From: Octopus sinensis | Lineage: Eukaryota | Direction: 5' to 3' | Assembly: GCF_006345805.1 (NCBI RefSeq) | Contig: NC_043005.1 | Coordinates: 48,236,001-48,300,000 of the forward strand | Length of the DNA stretch: 64,000 nt | Part shown: in pieces, positions 1 through 13,345 of the stretch | Numbering within the stretch: position 1 is the first letter of the stretch | Layout of the letters: each line of letters opens with the position of its first letter | The notes under the pieces: model-generated | What the model saw: only the letters and a program-made list of their open reading frames with translations | Told to the model about the DNA's origin: nothing | Databases searched by the model: none | Program-made: the position numbers and the translations under genes

Positions 1-901
1 TAAAAGATAATACTGGCATTAAGTTTCAGTTTCCGTTGTGAAAAAAAATTCTCGCAGATAGTTTTGTAATAAACGAAATTAGAACATATACTCAAGCACA
101 CGCACATTCATACACACACACACACACACACTCGCGCACATGCAGACGCACACACGCCCAACATACCTCTCCCTTACATATATATGTTGGTGGATCTCAG
201 TAGCTTGATGAAGAGCAATTTGTTGTTTAATCAACTGAAATCAAATGAATTACCTGCTCCCGAGTTAGAGTGTAAACAGCTAATAATTCCGGAGACACGT
301 GTACGCTTAACAGTGAAGCATTAGGAGAAATGGGAAAAAAAAGGGTAGTGCAAGTTACAAAAGATGATGCAAGTAATATAAATAATACAAATATCAGAAA
401 GTGTGATGGAAAAAAGACAAGTCTCAACACTAGTGACTGGAATTAGAAAAGTAACGTGATAAAATAATAAATGTATAGAAAGTGAGATCAATCGAAAAAA
501 GAAAAAGTGAAATTCTTGTATGATATCAAAGTATGTATGGACAGGAAGGTCTTAGGTAACAAAGAAAGCGTTGGAGGCAGATTTGAATAGGGGGAAAAAT
601 AGAAATTGAACTATGTGAAGAATAGAAGAATTAATAAAGCTCGTGAGTGAGATACTACATATAATGAAGGAGAGTAACAGAGTGAGAGCGTAAGAATAAA
701 GTGGAGAGGTGACTCTTGAAACATGCAATAAATAAGCGAAGAATTTGTCATTCATAGGGAAATTTCTTTACCTTGGAACTGCAGAGAAAAAGGACAAAGG
801 ATACGACAGGAGAGGTAGTATTGAATAGGAATCAGAGGGAAGTGCTTACAAAATAGCAAGAAATCAAAAAAGAAGAAAATGAAAGAGACGCATCACTCTT
901 A

Positions 902-1006
902 AAAGAGCGAAAATAAACTGCAGAAAGAAAAATGAAAGAGCAAAAGTAAACTGCAGAAAGAGTGAAAATAATGAAAGAGCGAAAATAAACCGCAGAAAGA
1001 CAAATG
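902..1006. repeat. Purine-rich minisatellite, 3 units of about 33-39 bp
   Basis: aaagagc(g/a)aaa(a/g)taaac(t/c)gcagaaag recurs at about 902, 935 and 974. Confidence 0.6.
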
Positions 1007-2576
1007 AAACAAAAGAAGCAACTGGTGTTTCAAAGCTTGAAAAGAAAGAAGATTAAGAATTGCTGAAAGGAGACAGAAATAAAACCTATCATTTTTGATG
1101 GATGCTAAGCTAGAGTAGAAATAGAGTAGAAATAATGTTATTTTAAAAAGAAGTGATGCTGCATATAAAATACTATCCAAATGAGCTAACGAGAGAGTTT
1201 CTACGTGGATGTTCATCCCAATACAAATCACATCCATAATTTTCTCGTCACTTTTTACTAACATGAAAAATGGAGGGATATAGTGTATAATATAGTCTCA
1301 GATGTACTACAAAATGTTTTGTGTCATAGATCTGCTCACTCGGGGTTTACAAATTACTAATCAACAACTGTGCATTAGCAGTTGATTCGAAATAATGACA
1401 CTAAGAACTGGACAATCCAATGTCTTACGTACCTATGGGAAACGCTACCTCCAACTTCTAAGAAACAGGGAACTTCTTTATATTAGATAGCATTGTTAAT
1501 GCGATCGCTTCACTGAAGACAAGGTTTCTGGATTCATATGTGCCACATTTCTGTCATTAGCACCTCTGAGGTGTCTCTGGGCCTGCTTTGTATCGCTTGA
1601 TAATACTTGATTTATATACATGTCTTAATTTCATTATCCTGGAGGAAGGAAAAGTTAAGCTGGCATCGGTAGCTGAACGCAGAAAGGTGACGTAACAAAG
1701 CAGAGACAATATTGAAATTTCAATACACCTGTCATCTCAATTACTCTACTATATTATGTAATATGCAAATTACTTAATTAGGGGGATGAGTCTTGCATTA
1801 GCTGCTACTACTTCTTCCAGCAAGAGAGTCACATGCCAGTTACCAGTAAGAGCTGTAGCCAGACAGGTTCAAGGAACGCTTTAAGTCATTGTAACAGAGG
1901 GGGAAAAAAACATTAGAAAGATTGGCAGCGTTGTTCTGAAGTTGAATAATTTAAAGCTAGTTTGCTCTTAAAGATAAAAGAAGCGTTCAATGGTTTGCAA
2001 AATTTGCCCACTTTAATTTCCATTCGATGGCTACTTAAAGGCTCAATTATTAGTTGTTGCGTAGAATTGATGGATTTGTGTGTGTGTATGTATGTGCGTG
2101 TGTGTGTGTGTGTGTGCAGTATAACTAATTTCAATAAGAATTTAAACATGTGCTTGTGTGTCACTACATATGTATGGGCGCGTATGAAGACTGGTTCTTC
2201 TCAGGAGTAATTATTGAAATAGGAAATAAACATGATTTGACGAAGATGCAATAATGGCAACAGCGACAGCAAAGGCAATACAACTATTTGATCATGACCC
2301 CGCTAGCATCAGCTTCGAACTGCAACAATACTAAATCAACCATAACATTTACTTCCTTCCTTTCTTTCTTTCTTTCTTTCTTTCTTTCTGAATAAAATAG
2401 GGACTACAGTGAGGCGCATCTCCCACCTCGATGTCACAAAAATATTATACAAATAGAACGGTGTTTCGTTACCCGGCATTGCTAAACTACTCCACTTCCT
2501 TATGCAAAAATCTATGGAACGTTCACAAAGGTTCACAGCACTGGCACGTACCTGTAATAACATGAAATACAATAGC

Positions 2577-2578
2577 AT

Positions 2579-2632
<54 letters not shown>

Positions 2633-2700
2633 CACCACCACCACCATCATCACTACTACTTCCACCGCTGCTACTGCTGCAACTACTACCGCTACCACCA
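2577..2700. repeat. (CTA)n/(CCA)n compound microsatellite
   Basis: Direct reading; source of the poly-T, poly-V and poly-S ORFs in the track. Confidence 0.95.
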
Positions 2701-2702
2701 GT

Positions 2703-3408
2703 AATCTTTTCTACTCTAGGCACAAGGCTCGAAATTTTGGGGAAGGGCGCTAGTCGATTGGATCGATCCCAGTACGCAACTGGTACTTAATTTATCGACC
2801 TCGAAAGGATAAAAGGCAAAGTCGACCTCGGCGGAATTTGAACTCAGAACGACGCGGCAGGTGAAATACCTATTTCTTTACTACCCACAAGGGGCTAAAC
2901 ACAGAGAGGACTAACGGATTAAGTCGATTATATCGACCCCAGTGTGTAACTGGTACTTATTTAATCGACCCCGAAAGGATGAAAGGCAAAGTCGACCTCG
3001 GCGGAATTTGAACTCAGAACGACGCGGCAGGGGAAATACCTATTTCTTTACTACCCACAAGGGGCTAAACACAGAGAGGACAAACGGATTAAGTCGATTA
3101 TATCGACCCCAGTGTGTAAATGGTACTTATTTAATCGACCCCGAAAGGATGAAAGGCAAAGTCGACCTCGGCGGAATTTGAACTCAGAACGACGCGGCAG
3201 GGGAAATACCTATTTCTTTACTACCCACAAGGGGCTAAACACAGAGAGGACAAACGGATTAAGTCGATTATATCGACCCCAGTGTGTAAATGGTACTTAT
3301 TTAATCGACCTCGAAAGGATGAAAGGCAAAGTCGACCTCGGCGGAATTTGAACTCAGAACGTAACGGCAGATAGATACTGCTACGCATTTCGCCCGGCGT
3401 GCTAACGC
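2703..3408 (-). mobile_element. Head-to-tail array of SINE family B, 170-bp period, 4 cores
   Basis: The core recurs at 2771, 2941, 3111 and 3281. A head remnant lies at about 3360-3408, the B-box-like gagttcaaattcc is in each unit, and an alternative tail lies at 2703-2760. Confidence 0.92.
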
Positions 3409-3516
3409 CTCTCAGTAATTGGGGTCGTAGAACTAGCTGACGCATTCATTGGATGTAACATATTAGATACTAATAGTAAATTGTAAAATACAATAACATA
3501 CATTCTTTATCTAAAG

Positions 3517-3617
3517 CAGTGCTTCTTTCCAGATATCGTTGGGAATTTCCAGCGTTTGAATTTTATTACACAAGATCTGAGGCGAGTACTGGACTAAAAG
3601 AAGCTTAGGAAACACAG
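3517..3617. mobile_element. Small hAT/Charlie-type MITE relic
   Basis: Degenerate TIRs (cagtgcttc / gaaacacag) flanked by 8-bp repeats atctaaag (3509-3516) and atctagag (3618-3625), resembling the Charlie NTCTAGAN target. Confidence 0.45.
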
Positions 3618-3795
3618 ATCTAGAGAGAAAAACTAAACTGTTACGGCCATCACTCGCTATCAGGGATGAGTTGGTAGCAGTATGTTCCAAACCTTATATT
3701 AGTAGTTTTAGCTACCCTTGTAGTCACGAGCCGGAGCAGCTAGCAGAATATTTCGGGCCTTGTGTCTAGAGTAGAAAAGATTATGTAGGCTATGG

Positions 3796-4190
3796 AAGGC
3801 AGCGAGCTGGCAGAGACGTTAGCACGCCGGGCGAAATGCGTAGCCGTATTTCGTATGCCGTTACGTTCTGAGTTCAAATTCCACCGAGGTCGACTTTGCC
3901 TTTCATCCTTTCGGGGGTCGATTAAATAAGTACCAGTTACGCACTGGGGTCGATATAATCGAATTAATCCGTTTGTCTGTCCTTGTTTGTCCCCTCTTTG
4001 TTTAGCCCCTTGTAAAGAAATAGGTATTTCGTCTGTCTTTACGTTCTGAGTTCAAATTCCGCCGAGGCCGACTTTGTCTTTAATCTTTTCGGGGTCGATA
4101 AATTTAGTACCAGTTGCGGGCTGGGGATCGATATAATCGCCCCCCAACCCCCCCAAAAAATTGAGCCTTGTGCCTATAGTAGAAAAGAAA
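3796..4190 (+). mobile_element. SINE family B dimer (head-core-tailA-core-tailB)
   Basis: aaggcagcgagctggcag head, B box gagttcaaattcc twice, junction gaaataggtatttc at 4017-4030. Confidence 0.88.
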
Positions 4191-4440
4191 GAATACCCAG
4201 GATGTGACAGTTGGAGAAAGAGAGGAGGGCTACATCAAGGCTGAGCTAGTAACTGGTACCATATTTATAGATTCTGACAGGATGAAAGCTAGAATTTAAC
4301 TCAGACAGCATTTTATCAGGTGCTTTAACGACTTAGCCAACCGACCGCATTAATTAGATAACAGTAGTGTTGAAATTTGAAAGTAATTTCAGCCTGCGAG
4401 TTCAGCATACACTTTATAACTAGGATAATATCAAAGTTGA

Positions 4441-4515
4441 GTGATTTGGATGGTTAAGGCACCGAGTAAAATCAGTACTTTCACTGAGTTTAGCGTGGGT
4501 TCGATTCTCAGTTTA
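4441..4515 (+). pseudogene. Degenerate tRNA-Leu/Ser-like sequence or old SINE head
   Basis: ggatggttaaggc (A-box-like), long variable region, gcgtgggttcgattctc (B box). Stems do not pair well. Confidence 0.3.
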
Positions 4516-4728
4516 ACCGTTCCGCTACATGCCGCGTGGGCCTTCAAAATGTTACAGCTTTAAATAAAATTAAGTCCACCATTTGTGTGTATTTCCATGT
4601 ACATAGTTTCCGTTGGTATATTTTTAGATTTCCATCAATTACCAGTATTTTATATATATTTCTTTTTCTGTAGTTGAAGTGAATTTAGATAATTTATTTC
4701 TAAATTGGAGTTATAGTCTCTTGCAATA

Positions 4729-5041
4729 ACGATAAACGTCGCCCTTTTCAATCCTAGCCAGTCTCAGGGGCCCAGTTTCCCGGTTTCTGTGGCGTATGTG
4801 TTCCCCGCAGCTGGACGCCAATCCATCGCAGCGTTACGCAAGAAACAGGAAGAAAGAGTGAGAGAAAGTTGGGGCGAAAGAGTACAACAGAGGTCACCAC
4901 CACCCCCTGCCGGAGCCTTGTGGAGCTTTTAGGTGTTTTCGCTCAATAAACACATACAACGCCCGGTCTGGGAATCGAAACCGCGATCCTCCGACCGCGA
5001 GTCCGCTTCCCTAACCACTGGGCCATTGCGCTTCCACATTT
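4729..5041 (-). mobile_element. tRNA-derived SINE family D (head D + V-domain-like body)
   Basis: A box tggcccagtgg, B box ggtttcgattcc, gcgatggattggcgtcc motif; 10-bp TSD tcttgcaata at 4719-4728 and 5042-5051. Confidence 0.88.
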
Positions 5042-5728
5042 TCTTGCAATACAGAATCATATCAGTTTTAACAGTATTTTGACTCATACCTATGCAGTAA
5101 GAACGCTACTAATATATCCGAGTTGAGACTATCCGAACGTTTGGTGGTATGTTTCCTCTCAGCTGATGACGTACTGTTTCCATAGCCAAGGCCCTTAACT
5201 CTTAACAGCCTGTCCATTTTCGCTACATGTAAAGAGGTAGGCACTACAGGAGAATAAAGCTTACCACTATTAGCATCCCAAATTTGTTTTGCTTTATTAA
5301 CATCTTATGCTAATATAAGTCAGAAAGAGATAAGACCCGCTTCGTGTAATGTTTCTAGTGTAAACTACAATGTTGGCGTACTCTGGAAACACTGCATGAA
5401 GAAGCCTTTAGAAGTTTTCTGTAAGATGTTATGGATAAAAAGGCTTACGCTCGTCAATATAGCTATTTTTTTGCGAACGTTATGTTTCCCAAAAATTACA
5501 ATATCAGTTAGTACTATATGCCCGACCCCCGTCTAAGTTTAGTTCCTTATGCATGTGTGTCTAATGGGAACGTTATTCAAGAAGGACTTGTAACTCTTAA
5601 GTCTGCGTTTTGCTTTATCTACTATTCAGGAATTTGTTGTTTTTCTATAGAATTTTTCGATGACATTTTGGTCTTACTTTTTTTTACTAGATATATTAGT
5701 TTAGGAAAGAGCGAGAACTATCTGTTGC

Positions 5729-5765
<37 letters not shown>

Positions 5766-5773
<8 letters not shown>

Positions 5774-5945
5774 AATATGTTACATTACTCGATAGTCAAG
5801 ATAAAACTCTGAGTTTCAGATGCCGAAGTGGAAATCCACAACACCATCTCTTCAACCGAAGAGATGTTGTTGTGGATTTCCACTTCGGCATCTGAAACTC
5901 AGAGTTTTATCTTGACTATCGAGTAATGTAACATATTATTGTATA
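5766..5945. repeat. Near-perfect palindrome (88-bp arms, 4-nt loop), part of an element inserted in (TA)n
   Basis: 5766-5853 is the reverse complement of 5858-5945 with one mismatch (5844/5867); the loop is aacc. Confidence 0.95.
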
Positions 5946-6019
5946 GATAAATTTCCTCTATTTACATAATATTGAGGTCTCTTTCTTTCTTTTGTTATCT
6001 TACCGTTTTATCAATATAT

Positions 6020-6051
6020 ATATATCGATAGATAGATATAGATAGATAGAC

Positions 6052-6120
<69 letters not shown>

Positions 6121-6125
6121 GATAA
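6020..6125. repeat. (GATA)n microsatellite
   Basis: Direct reading. Confidence 0.95.
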
Positions 6126-6442
6126 ACACACACACGCGTACAGTATACAACCGGCAAACGATAACTTTTGCTGTTCCTGAGTATTGTAAGCTCAGTACCC
6201 GACCTTTCCTGGCGTCATATGCGCTGAAAGACCTGGGTTCTAACGAATCCTGCAACTGAACAGTGTGTGTGTGTGTATGTGTGTGTATGTGTGTGTGCGT
6301 GCGTGTGTATGTGTGTGTACGTGTGCGTGAGTGCGAGCGTGTGTGTGTGTGTACGTGGGGGTGTTTTCTCAACCAATTAAGCGTGCAAGTCAACATCGAT
6401 CCCTAAAGGATTTATGTCTATAGCACTGAATGCACTGAGGAA

Positions 6443-6760
<318 letters not shown>

Positions 6761-7235
6761 AAATGTAAAGGATTTGAGCCACAACCCGTGAACATATAGT
6801 CTAAAAACAATGGTCTCTTTTGCTCTTCAGACAGTCTTAATGTTTTAGGAGAGGAGAAATAAAAGCGCAACGTTTATACATTCCCCAAGGGGCATTGAGA
6901 CGTAAGTTTCAAACTAATAGGCCGTCTTGATTTCCTGTCTCTTGTTCAACGGCGCTTTCCATAATGAGCCTTCTAAATATAATTCACACGTGTAAACATA
7001 AAAGATAAAACCCATCTGAAAATTTGAGGGACGTCTTGCCTTTATGAAGAATAAATGCATGTCGTGTTTTATTCCATTGGAAGCCCCAGTAATATTTATA
7101 TAACCTCGAATTCGAACCTTACCGTGGATGATGTTGTTGATTTTCAGTTTTCCTTGGTCGGTAAAAATAAATATCAGACAAATAAAATTGTAGTTTGGTC
7201 AATCAATACTAGCCATCATGGGACTCTTTAAGGAA

Positions 7236-7845
7236 CTGCTTGATCGGCTAGAAAATGCAGCTACATCTCCTTTAAATCCGTCTGAGGAAAAAGGGCGCGT
7301 TTGATAATGTGACTGTTAGAGGTGCATTGGGGTTACTAACAAGATAAGCTTGACGTAGTTAGAAACCTTTTTATCGTAAGATCTATTCAATCAGGACTGC
7401 CCCGTGGCTAGACAGCAGCAACATGAACAACAATAACAACAACAACAACAACAGTAATTGGTTCAACACTACCCTAAACTATTCTCCAGCCCGTGTCCTT
7501 TTATGTGGTACTTCAAACTGCTAGAAATAGAAGCCAGCTTTTTCTTAAATTATTCCTTATAGTCATAGTCATTTTTAAAAGAACACATAGGATAATAGAA
7601 TCCAATTATTCTGCTTTTGAATAAGGTCTTCTCAATCAGCATCAAGTACAGCATTCGTATGTGGTCCTTCAAACTGCTAGAAATAGAAGCCAGTCGTCTC
7701 TTAAATTACTCCTTACAGTCGTTTTTAAAGACACATTGAATACTAAGATCTCACAATCATCTGCTTATATATAAAACGGGATTGTCATGGCTAGAAATCC
7801 TTCGGTTATAAAGATCTGGTCGACCAGCATCAATTACAGAACTCT
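7236..7845 (+). repeat. Three adjacent degenerate copies of an old interspersed repeat (ctgctagaaatagcagcc family)
   Basis: cttcaaactgctagaaatagaagccag recurs at about 7512 and 7668, with a looser copy at about 7240 ending in (AAC)n. Related fragments lie at about 14705 and 36545. Confidence 0.55.
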
Positions 7846-8213
7846 TATGAATTCATGGAATTGCACCAATGAGGAATCAATGCATTTGTGACACCTCTAC
7901 TAGTAAATACTGTCACCACTATCTTTGGCTTTTGCTTTTATCTACACTTAAACATATATAATTAAAGTTACTAAGCGACCAACGGATTTAGCGAATATTC
8001 TCCAAAGGTTGAGCGATTTGTATCTGTGCACCCAAAGGGATCGAAATGGCAGAATTGAAATAGTGGCAAAAAGACTATACTACGCCATTTATTTATTCTG
8101 GGTCTCTGCTGTCTGATTAAAAAGTTTATCAAGGGCAAGGTCAGCTTTGCTTTCCGTACTTTTCAGGTCGATAAATAAAGTACCAGACTTGTACTGGAAA
8201 GGTGGTGAATATC

Positions 8214-8318
8214 TTCTTCTTCTTCTTCTTCTTCTTCTTCTTCTTCTTCTTCTTCTTCTTCTTCTTCTTCTTCTTCTTCTTCTTCTTCTTCTTCTTCTTC
8301 TTCTTCTTCTTCTTCTTT
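8214..8318. repeat. Pure (CTT)n microsatellite
   Basis: Uninterrupted CTT run of about 100 bp. Confidence 0.98.
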
Positions 8319-8398
8319 CAAACATTGGTTGCGTTCGATCTGGAGAGGAACGGGATTTCCTAACCGAACTAAGATGATGTTTGATAGAATGAAAGCGA

Positions 8399-8433
<35 letters not shown>

Positions 8434-8654
8434 GGGGAGAGAGAGAGAAAGAGAGGGGGGAGAGAGAGAGAAGTGGGAAGAGAAAAGAAGATCTACCCCT
8501 CCCCCGTTGAAAGCACGATCTTCTCAACCGGTGATTATTTCATAGCCAAAGCCTCTTAAATTTAACATCTTCTTCAGTACCACTTTTTGTAAGGTCAATG
8601 TCAATTCATTTTGGCCATGTACTTATCATTATGAAACACCAGTAATCTTGTATT

Positions 8655-9029
8655 CTTTTATTTGTTTCAGTCATTTGGCTGCGGTCATGCTGGAGCACCT
8701 CCTTTAGTCGAACGCAAGACTAGTACTTATTCTATCGGTATCTTTTGCCGAACCGCTAAGTTATAGGGACGTAAACACACCAGCATCGATTGTCAAGTGA
8801 TGTTTGGGGACAAGCACAAACACACACACACACAGATACACACACACACACATACACACACACATATATATACGACGGGCTTCTTTCAGTTTCCGTCTAC
8901 CAAATCCACTCACAAGGCTTTGGTCGACCCGAGGCTACAGTAGAAGACACTTGCCCGAGATTCCAAGCAGTGGGACTGAACCCGAAACCATGTGGTTGGT
9001 AAGCAAGCTATTTACCACACAGCCACGCC
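8655..9029 (-). mobile_element. SINE family A (tRNA head + CORE-like segment + internal microsatellite + 3' body)
   Basis: Reverse complement of ggcgtggctgtgtggtaa...ggttcagtcccactg...tttggtagacggaaactgaaagaagcccgtcg-(TA/TG)n-...ccgcagccaaatgactgaaacaa. Confidence 0.88.
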
Positions 9030-9350
9030 AAGTATTTTCAAATTATAGTAAAAAATTTTTTACTCACGTTTGACCGTTATTTTTTAATAACGAATTCCAT
9101 TTTAATAATGCATACAATAACTGCCCCCCTCCACCATCACATACATCCTTAGCTGTGATGGGATGGTTTATATGCCTTAATGACCCAAACAGTTATGCTA
9201 GTGAAATGCAAACTTCTGACAAGGTCTCCCATGTTGGCCAGGTTAAAGGATAAAGACCCGACTAAAATAGACTAACTCTTCTCAAAGATAAAAATCGGTT
9301 TGCATAGAGCCACCACTCTTACCTGGAAAAGAAAGTCACAGAAGCACATA

Positions 9351-9510
9351 CAGGCGTTGCTGCGTGGTAAGAAGCTTTCTTCCCAACTATATGATCCAGA
9401 TTTAAGTCCCACTGTATGGCAACTGGGGTAAGTGTCTTCCTCAATAGTCTCGGGCCGACCAAGACTTTGTGAGTGTAGTTGGTCGATGGAAACTGAAAGA
9501 AGCCCGTCGC

Positions 9511-9558
<48 letters not shown>

Positions 9559-9560
9559 AA
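9351..9560 (+). mobile_element. SINE family A, 5' half ending in (TA)n
   Basis: Head through gaaactgaaagaagcccgtcg followed by (TA)n. Confidence 0.8.
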
Positions 9561-9885
9561 TATATAATCATAATAAGGGAAACTACTGGATAGCTCCACA
9601 TGCTAGACGTAGACGCCAAATGGCTCTAAAACTACCTTATTTATCACATAGACACGGGCTGAAAGCTAGGGAAATAACAACAAAATATTTTTAAAGATCG
9701 ATTTCTAGTTTAGGAATACAATGCCCTTTACCGTCTTCGGTATGACATAAAGCACATAATTATAAACTCTTATATATACCATACGAACACAACACAACCA
9801 CAGTGCATATACAAATGCTCACATTTATATTATAAGTAAAATCTAGTTCGTTCATCTCAGCCACGTATGAATAACCAGAATAATT

Positions 9886-10120
9886 TGTGTGTGTGTGTGT
9901 GTGTTTGTATCTGCGTTTGTCCTCCACCACCGCTCGACAACCGGTGTTGGTGTTTTTGCATCCCAGTAGATTAGTGGCTCGGCAAAAGAGGTCAATAAAT
10001 AGCTACCATGCTTTGAACAATATGGACTGGGGCCGATTCCTTCGACTAACAGTTCTTCAAGGCGATGCCCCAGCATGGCCGCAGACTAATGACTGAAACA
10101 AAATAGAAGATAAAAGATAA
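9886..10120 (+). mobile_element. SINE family A, 3' half
   Basis: (TG)n then gtttgtcctccaccaccgctcgacaaccggtg...cagcatggccgcag. Confidence 0.8.
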
Positions 10121-10129
10121 GCACTGATG

Positions 10130-10680
10130 GCAATTCAAAACCAGCAACACCTGAGAGAGGACAGCCCAATGTCAAGAACTGTGGAAAAAAGTTCATCGAT
10201 GACCTATGCTCCATAGGGAGCGAAGGACTTCAGTAATTATATTAGAACCGTGCATTGGTAGAATCATTTTTTACGCCGAGGACACTGGCTTGCAGTTTTT
10301 GCTTACAACCATTTTCTTGCTGAATGTAGAGGAAAGGACAGTGCTCATGGTCTTCGCAAACGCTCCAACACTGGTGACATTGATACCGCCTATGTCCCAC
10401 TTAAGCTGTTGGAAATCGATGACTACGAGAAAGCCTTGACCAAAGATGGAGTTCCAGAGGGCGGACATTCATAGGAGGGAGGAATGAACATAATGGTTAG
10501 TACGGAGCATAGATGTTGATTGGACACAGTATGGAACTTGCAAAGCAGACACAAAAGTCAGTCAGGTACATCTTAGAGGAGCTGGTAAGAGACCAACCAT
10601 CCCCGAGAGGCTGGGAGCCGTGTAAGTATTAATGGAAATAGCAGAAACCTGCAGCTGCACGTCCGTGAGCCAGTCGGTGA
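10130..10680 (-). pseudogene. Possible degenerate LINE AP-endonuclease fragment
   Basis: Minus-strand pieces INIYAP, LVVIDF and DH resemble the APE motifs nvYaP, GDFN and SDH; heavily disrupted. Confidence 0.3.
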
Positions 10681-11127
10681 AACATTTTTGGAAATCATTT
10701 TATTTCAATCAGTCGAGTGGCTTTTGTCTGGATACGTTTCCAAGTTAAGATTCTGCTGAGTCTAACTCTGCTCTCCTCATTCTAAGATCAATAAAATAAA
10801 GTCCCAATGAAGTACTGATATAAATGACTTTTCCTTTCCTAAAAATCTGAACTTTTGTGCCTATGTTAAAAATCAATAGTGCATCATACAATTTGCGTTA
10901 AATTCTCGGCGATTCAAATCGACAGCATGGTTTCGTTTTCTGATTTGAACAGGTTTATTTCACTCACATCTGTAATGTATGGAGGGAAATGTTTAGTTTT
11001 CATACGACCTCATTTCTTTTGTTCTAAAAATGTGCATTTACGCGAGAAATTCTTATAAGAGGTAAAACAATATCGATGAATGCGTCATTTACAAAGATAT
11101 TTGGGAAAATGACCGGTGGACCAATAC

Positions 11128-11274
11128 ATACATTCATACATACATACATACATTCATATATACATGCATATTACATACATACATACTACATACATATGTA
11201 CGTATGTGCATATAAATATACATATGTACGTATGCAAGAGCATACATACAAACATACACACAGACACTCATACA

Positions 11275-11314
<40 letters not shown>

Positions 11315-11725
11315 TATATATATATGTGCATATATAGCTATACACATACACACACAAACTTCTAGGGAGCTATACTTAGATTATAGACGGAAAGAATGAT
11401 GTGTGTAAAAGTGAGGGAGAGGAAGAGGGAGAGAGGAAGAGGGAGAGAGAAAGAGAGAGTGAACGAGAGAGAGAGAGAGAGAGAGAGAGAAGTAAATAGA
11501 TAGATAGATGAACAAAGTGAATTGATAAATGAATAATTAGATGAATTGATGAACGGAGATTCAGACAACTGGTCATAAGCACGCGCACAGACACACACAC
11601 ACACACATACATACTACATACATACATACATACATACATACATACATACACACACACATACATACATACATACATACATACATACATACATACATACACA
11701 CACACATACATACATACATACATAT
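11128..11725. repeat. Compound (TACA)n/(CA)n/(GA)n microsatellite block
   Basis: Direct reading. Confidence 0.9.
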
Positions 11726-12279
11726 ATCGAAAAGGAAAGCAAGACATATGGATGGACGAACCGACGGGCGGAAGTATAGATAGATCGACAGACATATTGT
11801 CCGAAATATAGATAGATATTCTTCAAAAGAATTAAGAAATAATCTCAATAATATCTTCTTTTTCTGATGTTTCAACGGTAGAAAATAGCTGCAAACAGCT
11901 GCTTAAGCTGCTTTGCACAAAATCTTAAACTTGGGAAGCAGTTATTTAAAAACAAATCTCTTCGGTATATGGTCTGTTGTGTGAGTTAATATGGAAGTTA
12001 ATGACGCGTTCCTTTCCATTTGTGTTGCGACAATCAGCTTCATTATACGTGTAAGATTCATCTCAATGATATTGTCGGTATAATATCCGCTGGATTCAGG
12101 GTCTCTTTCAGCCCGGCCTTCACCCGGCTTTTGTCTCTGCGGAATCTTTGATAACAGCCAGTTGATCTAGTTGTTAATATGTCCCTTTTGTTGTTTGGAA
12201 TAGCTTGTAAGAATCATAAAACAGAGCAAGATGTTCAGCCTACACTTTCCGCTTAGTTCCCTCCTCCTCATCCACCACC

Positions 12280-13345
12280 AACCGCTTCCTCCACCACCAC
12301 CACCTCCTTCTCCCTCACCTCCTGTTCCTCCTCCTCCTCCTCCGTAAAATTCAGCGGCCGTCGTTAACCACATCCACCACCACCATCACCATCACCACCA
12401 CCATCACCATCACCACCACCATCACAGCAACAACAACAATAACAACAACAGCACAACATCAGCAGCATTATCATTGCCAGCAAACCCCTTTCCTTGCATT
12501 CACCATCAGCATCATCATCAGTATCACTGCCATCAATGTCGCCACAACCAATCCACCATCGTTGCCGCTCCACCGTCCTTACCATTAACACCACCACCGC
12601 CGCCGCCGCCGCCACCACCACCACCTACACAGCACTACATAAAGAATGATATAACTATCACCGCCACCACCTACACCATCATTACCACACCGCCAATGCC
12701 ACCTCCATCACCGCCGTCGCCATCACCACAACCACCACCATCACTAACACCAACACCACCACAACCCAATCTACCGCCACACCCTTATTGTTATCACCAC
12801 CACCGCCACCACCATCATAACTAAGAACACCTTTTCCCTCGGCTCCATTATCATCTAAACCCTTACTTTTCTCTATCGCGGACACTGCTACCACCACCCT
12901 CTTCGCCACCATTCACCACCACCATCACCACCACCACCACCACCACCACCACCACCACCACCACCACCACCACCACTACAAATACTATGATATTTCCTAT
13001 TATTCCCAAACTACAACTACCCCACTCCCGACAACTACATAGTACTTTTTCTAACACCAAGAGCACCACCACCTCCTCTACTACAACCACCACCACCACT
13101 ACATCTACTACTGCCAATACTACATACCGCTCTTCAATGCATAATACGGCAGCTGCTGCTACCACAACGGCACACACCACCGCCGTCACCATTGCAACGG
13201 CTACTACCTCTGTAACTGCCACTGCTGCTTTGCTACACCACAACACTACCACTATGACCAATACTACATTGTCCTCTTACACCACTAGCTACCCTCCTCT
13301 TTCTTCTTTCCTCTCTCTCTCTCTGCTTCCCTCTCTGCCTCCCCC
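12280..13345. repeat. GC-richer cryptic (CAC/CCA)n low-complexity tract of about 1 kb
   Basis: Degenerate CAC/CAT/CCG triplet runs; long low-complexity ORFs in several frames on both strands. Confidence 0.85.

Noticed and set aside
560-1264. Purine-rich stretch as a degenerate coding region
   Set aside because: Stops in all plus frames and no motif; the minus-strand ORF is a low-complexity Leu/Phe/Ser artefact.
2336-2753. Poly-V, poly-T and poly-S/G ORFs
   Set aside because: Translations of a (CTA)n/(CCA)n microsatellite, open in several frames on both strands.
2771-3350. CRISPR-like or coding tandem array (repeated 79-aa ORFs)
   Set aside because: Units are near-identical 170-bp SINE segments with no unique spacers, in a eukaryotic context with no cas genes.
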